Source: Bdellovibrionales bacterium (GTDB lineage: Bacteria; Bdellovibrionota; Bdellovibrionia; Bdellovibrionales; UBA1609). Taken from it: DNA of 64,000 nt. Shown piece by piece: positions 58,563 to 64,000 of the stretch (position 1 is its first letter; each line of letters opens with the position of its first letter). The position numbers were made by a program, and so were the translations under genes. Location of the stretch: positions 150,563-214,562 of the forward strand of contig DAHVQG010000004.1 in NCBI GenBank assembly GCA_027317865.1. The letters run 5' to 3'. The notes beneath the pieces are model-generated. The model did no database searches. It was not told where the DNA came from and saw only the letters and a list, made by a program, of their open reading frames with translations.

Positions 58563-59288
58563 TTAATCAATTCGATGGATCAACCCGTGCCATCGAATGT
58601 ACCGCGGATCACACACATAGTTAACAGTCGATAAAGCTTTGGTACAACCCAACCAAACCCAAGTTGCTTTGCCGATCAAATTTTTCAACGGAAATTCTCC
58701 CCAATAACGGCTGTCTAGCGAATGATCACGATTGTCACCCATAACAAAAAGTTCTCCGGGCGGGATTACCTCCGCCGGTTGGGACTGATGATATTCGCCT
58801 TTTTCAAGAAGCTCCCAATGTTTATGCGTCCCAAGCGTTTCGCGAAAAGCACGAAAGTCAGAACGAGGTTCTTGCAAATCCGTTGCAGTCCATCGTTTCG
58901 GCATTGGCTTTGGAATTTCCGGAACGGGTTTGCCATTGATGATTAGTTGCCCCTTATTGGTGTACTGGACGCGATCGCCCGGCAAACCGACCACACGCTT
59001 AATTAAATAAAAGTCTTTTTGATTAACCGAGCGAAAAACCACCACGTCGCCACGTTTCGGCACATAGGGGCCCGTCAGCCAATTTTCAGTAAATGGAATT
59101 CGAATACCGTAAGCATATTTTTTTACAATTATGTGATCGTTCACTAGAAGAGTCGGAATCATACTGCCAGACGGTATGACGAACGGTTCGAACAAAATCC
59201 AGCGAAACGTAAGGTACGCGAGAATGGCGAGCACAAACAGACCCACGCTTCCGGCGAAGCTCGCGCGCTTGTCTTTAGAGCGAATCAC
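58563..59288 (-). CDS. lepB: Signal peptidase I (second copy)
   Basis: IPSGSMIPTL, KRGDVVVF, IKRVVGLPGD, GDNRDHSLDSRYWG; GTG 59288 overlaps the upstream TGA. Confidence 0.93.
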   Translation of the reverse strand: MIRSKDKRASFAGSVGLFVLAILAYLTFRWILFEPFVIPSGSMIPTLLVNDHIIVKKYAYGIRIPFTENWLTGPYVPKRGDVVVFRSVNQKDFYLIKRVVGLPGDRVQYTNKGQLIINGKPVPEIPKPMPKRWTATDLQEPRSDFRAFRETLGTHKHWELLEKGEYHQSQPAEVIPPGELFVMGDNRDHSLDSRYWGEFPLKNLIGKATWVWLGCTKALSTVNYVCDPRYIRWHGLIHRID

Positions 59289-60037
59289 TCGATGACCTCG
59301 TGAAAAAAGCGACTCCATCGAATGGTTGCGGGGTCACAAATGGGCACAGTCGAAAAATCCTTTTTGCAGCTTAACCATACAAACATCGCGCGACCGATCA
59401 GGTAATCACGCGGGACGAACATGTGCCGCCAAAAACGGCTGTCGTTTGAATTGTCGCGATTATCGCCCATGACAAAATAGCTATCGGGCGGCACTGTAAT
59501 AGGGCCAAAAGTAGAGTCGATTTTGTTCTTCTTGAGCAAAATACCAAATTTATAATGTCCAAGGCGCTCTTCGTACTCGTTGTACCCGGCTAAGGCATTC
59601 GGGCCCTCACCCGGAAAGTCTGAGTTCGTAAGCCAATTAAAATCACTTACCCGTTCACCTTCGGGTACTTCGTTTTTAACCAACTTGTCGTTAACGTAGA
59701 GATTGTCCTTTTCATAATAGATTTTATCTCCAGGCACTCCGATAATCCGTTTAATATAAAAAATGCTGGGATTATCAGGATAGCGAAAAACAATAACTTG
59801 CCCCCGTTTGGGTTTCTCGAAATGTATAAAATAATGGTCTGTGAACGGAACCCTTAGCCCATAAATAAATTTATTCACAAAAATATGATCGTGAATAAGC
59901 AGCGCCGGCAGCATGCTGGGGGACGGGATCACAAAAGGCTCCATAAAACCCCAGCGAATGGTTAAAGCGATTAGAATCGCGAGCGCAAACGAACCCGCTC
60001 CATCGGTCCAAAACTGCTTTGAAAAAAATTTTTTCAC
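59285..60037 (-). CDS. lepB: Signal peptidase I (first copy)
   Basis: IPSPSMLPAL, IKRIIGVPGD, GDNRDNSNDSRFW. Confidence 0.93.
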   Translation of the reverse strand: MKKFFSKQFWTDGAGSFALAILIALTIRWGFMEPFVIPSPSMLPALLIHDHIFVNKFIYGLRVPFTDHYFIHFEKPKRGQVIVFRYPDNPSIFYIKRIIGVPGDKIYYEKDNLYVNDKLVKNEVPEGERVSDFNWLTNSDFPGEGPNALAGYNEYEERLGHYKFGILLKKNKIDSTFGPITVPPDSYFVMGDNRDNSNDSRFWRHMFVPRDYLIGRAMFVWLSCKKDFSTVPICDPATIRWSRFFHEVIE

Positions 60038-60057
60038 GAACCCCTCGCGCCGAGCCT

Positions 60058-61869
60058 TTAGTCTTCAACTTTCAAAATGGCCAAAAACGCTTCTTGCGGA
60101 ACTTCAACCGATCCCACTTGCTTCATTCGCTTCTTGCCTTCTTTTTGCTTTTCAAGAAGCTTGCGCTTTCTAGTTATATCACCGCCATAACATTTTGCTG
60201 TCACGTCTTTTCTCAAAGCCCCGAGGGTTTCACGCGCTACGATTTTGCCGCCAATGGCCGCTTGAATAGCAACCTGAAACTGTTGGCGCGGTATTAATTC
60301 CTTCAGTTTTTCGCACAACTGGCGACCTTTACGTTCGGCCTGCGCATGATGAACGATGACCGACAACGCGTCGACGGGTTCGCCATTAAGAAGAATGTCC
60401 ATTTTCACTAGATTGGATGTTTCAAATCCGAGCAGTTCATACTCCATCGAAGCGTAGCCCTTTGAAATGGATTTCAATTTGTCATAGAAATCCATGACAA
60501 TTTCGTTGAGTGGAATTTTATATTCAATGATGACTTTTTTGTCGGTGACAAATTCCATTTTTTGTTGAACTCCTCGACGATTTTCGCACAATTTGAGAAG
60601 TCCCCCGATGTGTTCGGACGGTGTGTGAATCGCCACATTTACGATGGGCTCCTCAAGATGCTCGATCTTAGAAGGGTCGGGCAAATCCGCGGGATTTTCG
60701 AGTCGCAGTTCATTGCCATCCGTCGTGAACACTTTGTATACGACTGTTGGAGCGGTTGAGATGAGATTTAGATTAAATTCACGTTCGAGACGCTCTTGCA
60801 CGACTTCCATGTGCAAAAGCCCCAAAAATCCGCATCGAAAACCAAAACCGAGCGCGGTTGATTTTTCAGGTTCAAACGCGAGACTTGAATCGTTAAGCGC
60901 TAATTTCTGAAGCGCTTCTTTAAATGCTTCGAAGTCGGATGTGTCGACCGGAAAAATTCCAGAAAACACCATCGGTTGAATGCGCTTAAAGCCAGCCAGT
61001 GGCCCTCGCGCTTCTTCATGCTTTACCGATTTGACGTGAGTGACCGTATCGCCGACCCGCACGTCGCGAATGTCTTTAATTCCGCAAATGACGAAACCTA
61101 CTTCACCCGCTTCGAGCGCATCAAGGGGTTCCGAGCGCGGCGTAAACACACCTAGCTTCAAGACGTCGTATTCTTTTCCGCTATCCATGAAGCGGATGCG
61201 ATCGCCTTTACTGAGCGCGCCGTCAACTATTCGGCAGAGAATAACCACGCCCTGATAAGAGTCGAACCATGAATCAAAAACCAAAGCGCGAAGAGCTTTT
61301 TCGCGATCCGCTTTAGGCGGTGGTATCCGCTCGACAACCGCTTCTAAAATCTCTTTAATGCCGATACGTTCTTTAGCCGAAGCGAGAATGGCGTCTTTTG
61401 CGTCAAGCCCAATGGCGTCTTCAATCTGCTTTTTCACTCCTTCAGGGTCGGCCGAAGGCAAATCGATTTTGTTGATCACAATTTGAATGGCGAGATCATT
61501 TTCAAGAGCCAGGTAAACGTTAGCGAGTGTTTGCGCCTCAACCCCTTGTGCGGCATCGACAACCAGAAGCGCCCCTTCACATGCCGCCAGCGACCGAGAC
61601 ACTTCGTAGGCAAAATCCACGTGCCCGGGGGTATCAATCAAATTGAGTTGATAGGTTTTACCGTCTTTTGCATTGTAATTGAGCCGTACCGTTTGCGCTT
61701 TGATGGTGATGCCACGTTCGCGTTCGAGATCCATATTGTCGAGAAATTGCTCTTTTTTCTCTCGTTCTGAAATCGCGCCCGTCTCAAGCAAAAGCCCGTC
61801 GGCCAAAGTCGATTTGCCGTGATCGATATGGGCTATAATTGAAAAATTACGGATAAGTTCAGGTTGCAC
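60058..61869 (-). CDS. lepA: Elongation factor 4
   Basis: [51 protein letters not shown]. Confidence 0.98.
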   Translation of the reverse strand: MQPELIRNFSIIAHIDHGKSTLADGLLLETGAISEREKKEQFLDNMDLERERGITIKAQTVRLNYNAKDGKTYQLNLIDTPGHVDFAYEVSRSLAACEGALLVVDAAQGVEAQTLANVYLALENDLAIQIVINKIDLPSADPEGVKKQIEDAIGLDAKDAILASAKERIGIKEILEAVVERIPPPKADREKALRALVFDSWFDSYQGVVILCRIVDGALSKGDRIRFMDSGKEYDVLKLGVFTPRSEPLDALEAGEVGFVICGIKDIRDVRVGDTVTHVKSVKHEEARGPLAGFKRIQPMVFSGIFPVDTSDFEAFKEALQKLALNDSSLAFEPEKSTALGFGFRCGFLGLLHMEVVQERLEREFNLNLISTAPTVVYKVFTTDGNELRLENPADLPDPSKIEHLEEPIVNVAIHTPSEHIGGLLKLCENRRGVQQKMEFVTDKKVIIEYKIPLNEIVMDFYDKLKSISKGYASMEYELLGFETSNLVKMDILLNGEPVDALSVIVHHAQAERKGRQLCEKLKELIPRQQFQVAIQAAIGGKIVARETLGALRKDVTAKCYGGDITRKRKLLEKQKEGKKRMKQVGSVEVPQEAFLAILKVED

Positions 61870-61902
61870 AGCGCGTAGTCTAACAGTCTTTTCGGCTGTC
61901 GG

Positions 61903-63054
61903 CTATTTCAGCATCGACTTGAGAGCTTCGACTTTGTCGATTTTCTCCCATGTAAATTCGGGTTCCGACCGGCCGAAATGACCATATGCAGCGGTTTTGC
62001 GATAACGTGGTTTGAGCAGGTCAAATTGTCGAATAATGTTGGCCGGCTTAAGATTCCAAATCTCCCGCACTGCAGTTTGCAGCTTCGACAGATCCACTTT
62101 GGCCGTACCATAATCGTTTATCATTATGCTTACCGGATCGGCCATGCCGATTGCGTACGCCAATTGGACAAGACAACGGTCGGCAAGCCCGGCCGCCACA
62201 ATATTCTTTGCTATGTGGCGAGCCGCATAGGCCGCAGAACGGTCGACCTTGGACGGGTCTTTTCCCGAAAATGCACCGCCACCATGGGCACCATGCCCGC
62301 CGTACGTATCAACGATTATTTTGCGACCCGTAAGTCCGCAATCGCCGTGGGGCCCTCCGATTACGAAACGGCCCGTCGGATTAATGTGAATACGTGTTTT
62401 AGCGTCAATCAAATTTTGTGGAATCACTTTTTGAATCACGCTTTCGGTCACGTACGCTGCGATCTCATTTTGACTCACTTCGGGGGCGTGTTGGGTTGAA
62501 ATCACAACCGTATCCACACGACGTGGTTTGCCATCAATGTATTCAACAGTAACTTGGCTTTTTGCATCAGGCCTAAGCCAATTCACCCGGCCGCTTTTGC
62601 GCACGACTGACAGCTCTTTTACGAGCTTATGAGCCAAATCGATGGTGAGGGGCATCTGTTCGGGAGTTTCATTGATCGCGTAGCCGAACATGAGACCCTG
62701 ATCGCCAGCGCCCTGCTCTTTGTTATTATCGTCAACCCCCAAAGCGATATCCGGGCTTTGCTGGCCGAGTGCAGTAAAAACGGCGCAATGTTGATAATCA
62801 AAGCCCTTTTCGACGTTATCATAACCGATTTCTTGGATGGTTTTTCGCGCGACAGATTGATGATCGACAGTGACATGCGAAGTGACTTCGCCCGCAACAA
62901 CCACAAAACCGGTGGAAATCAAAACTTCACAAGCCACTCGACTTTTGGGGTCGTGAGTTAAATAGGCATCTAATATGGCGTCGCTGATTTGATCAGCCAC
63001 CTTGTCGGGATGGCCCTCAGAAACGGATTCGCTTGTGAACAAGTAATTTTTCAT
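61903..63054 (-). CDS. metK: S-adenosylmethionine synthetase
   Basis: [36 protein letters not shown]. Confidence 0.98.
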   Translation of the reverse strand: MKNYLFTSESVSEGHPDKVADQISDAILDAYLTHDPKSRVACEVLISTGFVVVAGEVTSHVTVDHQSVARKTIQEIGYDNVEKGFDYQHCAVFTALGQQSPDIALGVDDNNKEQGAGDQGLMFGYAINETPEQMPLTIDLAHKLVKELSVVRKSGRVNWLRPDAKSQVTVEYIDGKPRRVDTVVISTQHAPEVSQNEIAAYVTESVIQKVIPQNLIDAKTRIHINPTGRFVIGGPHGDCGLTGRKIIVDTYGGHGAHGGGAFSGKDPSKVDRSAAYAARHIAKNIVAAGLADRCLVQLAYAIGMADPVSIMINDYGTAKVDLSKLQTAVREIWNLKPANIIRQFDLLKPRYRKTAAYGHFGRSEPEFTWEKIDKVEALKSMLK

Positions 63055-63137
63055 CGCTTAAATCCCCACATGCTGAAGGTCATAAACGCGCCCGCAGTTT
63101 GCGAGCGCGTCACGTTTGCATACAGGACGATTAAGCG
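63055..63137 (-). promoter_or_regulatory. Predicted long RNA hairpin covering the metK SD (central stem may be the hpf terminator)
   Basis: Nested complementarity CGCUUAA/UUAAGCG, UCCUGUAUGC/GCAUGUGGGG, GACGCGCUCGCA/UGCGGGCGCGUU. Confidence 0.5.
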
Positions 63138-63149
63138 CCCAGTCAAGTT

Positions 63150-63512
63150 CTAGGCCGAGCGGTTCGTACGGTACTGTTCCACAAGTTGTTCATCAAGAAA
63201 TCCTGAGGATGAATTTTCGTAAGAATGATGGCTTTTGAGTTTATCTTTTTCTCGCTCCATTTGCCGCTCAATGCGTTTGACACACATATCAAGAGATACA
63301 TGAAAACTGTCTGAGCTAAAATGCGATCGAAATTCACCTTTCAACCCATGAATGTAGACTTCTGCACAGCAATTATGCCGCTCTTCACTAAATGTTACGT
63401 GGGCCGTTATCGGCTTAACCGCATAGCGCTCCACCTTGTCGAATCTCGAGTAAACGTACTCAACCAGCGATTGTGAGTAATCAATGGTTTTGAACTTGAT
63501 GTCGAACTTCAT
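63150..63512 (-). CDS. hpf: Ribosome hibernation factor (short HPF/RaiA family)
   Basis: AAAGGAG SD; SQSLVEYV..RFDKV, SLDMCVKRIERQM.REKDK pattern. Confidence 0.8.
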   Translation of the reverse strand: MKFDIKFKTIDYSQSLVEYVYSRFDKVERYAVKPITAHVTFSEERHNCCAEVYIHGLKGEFRSHFSSDSFHVSLDMCVKRIERQMEREKDKLKSHHSYENSSSGFLDEQLVEQYRTNRSA

Positions 63513-63527
63513 GGTAACTCCTTTCAG

Positions 63528-63626
63528 TCAGTCGTGAACAAGCGCCGCACGGGTGCCGTACCGATAGACAATGAATTTGTTTGTTTTGAAATTCGGTTCA
63601 ATTTGAGACGGGTTTTTCGTCTGCAT
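63528..63626 (-). CDS. Putative leaderless small ORF, 32 aa (MQTKNPSQIEPNFKTNKFIVYRYGTRAALVHD)
   Basis: ATG 6 nt after the TAGAAT -10 box; stop a few nt before the hpf SD. Confidence 0.35.
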   Translation of the reverse strand: MQTKNPSQIEPNFKTNKFIVYRYGTRAALVHD

Positions 63627-63632
63627 GTTTGT

Positions 63633-63661
63633 ATTCTAGGCCCACCCAAGGTCGAGCACAA
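63633..63661 (-). promoter_or_regulatory. Putative sigma70 promoter upstream of the small ORF and hpf
   Basis: TTGTGC-N17-TAGAAT. Confidence 0.5.
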
Positions 63662-63868
63662 ATCGGCTCCAAAAAAGAGACAAATTTTGTCTATCGAGTC
63701 ATCGTGACCGGGTGCTCAGCTCTACAAAACGCAGAGCTCGCAAATAAACGGCTCTTGGCCATTAAGTTGGCATAAATTTGATTTTTACCTCGAATAAATC
63801 AGCTCGCTTTTAAGTTACAAATTCTCAACCTGAGGCGGCCACAGCGAAGATTTATTTTGCTTACGTGC

Positions 63869-64000
63869 TCACTCTTTTACGTAGGCTTGGTAGAACCAAA
63901 CGCGACCACTCCAGGCCTGATCGGCGGGGTCGATTTTTCCCATTACATCGTCCGACGGGTCGAAATAGAAGCTTAGGGCGCACACCATTTTTTGCGAGTC
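63869..64000 (-). CDS. Partial (5'-truncated) hypothetical protein C-terminus
   Basis: Open frame DSQKMVCALSFYFDPSDDVMGKIDPADQAWSGRVWFYQAYVKE*. Confidence 0.5.
   Translation of the reverse strand, partial: DSQKMVCALSFYFDPSDDVMGKIDPADQAWSGRVWFYQAYVKE

Noticed and set aside
63085..63111. SAM-II riboswitch resemblance (CGCGC...GCGCG stem)
   Set aside because: Lacks the GAUUU loop and downstream AAAU/GCUAAA pseudoknot elements
63543..63558. Sigma54-like CGGCAC-N5-CGGC upstream of hpf
   Set aside because: Poor -12 element; a better sigma70-like promoter exists at 63633-63661

Overview
This is a bacterial core-genome window, most consistent with a Bdellovibrionota (Bdellovibrio-like) organism. 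That call is an inference from a RomR-like regulator, the pilH-pilI-pilD-pilMNOPQ cluster, three tandem lepB genes after lepA, and a mitochondrial-type aconitase. Contents in order: lptG-like/def-fmt-rpe-hutH-hutU; romR-nadC-birA-peroxiredoxin-like; aconitase; a two-component cluster; manC-pgi-ROK; DegT-TIGR03546/TIGR03545-trmB-like; a vWA lipoprotein; a complete rRNA operon (16S-tRNA-Ile-23S-5S, minus strand); Pif1 helicase; cytochrome c; queD; tRNA-Ala; rarA; type IV pilus genes; a NitT/TauT ABC pair; pyrB-carA-(unknown)-carB; and hpf-metK-lepA-lepB x3. I found no CRISPR array, prophage, IS element or defence island. The most interesting signals cluster in the hpf-metK-lepA-lepB region: an unannotated leaderless 32-codon ORF ahead of hpf, a long hairpin burying the metK Shine-Dalgarno (SD), and a third signal peptidase with Thr at the catalytic Ser position. 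Other signals are an aconitase with a histone-H1-like tail, apparently frequent leaderless genes, two CTG starts, a TrmB-like protein with Asp-to-Asn at the catalytic motif, and an unknown gene between carA and carB. All gene calls come from motif recognition by eye; no database searches were run.
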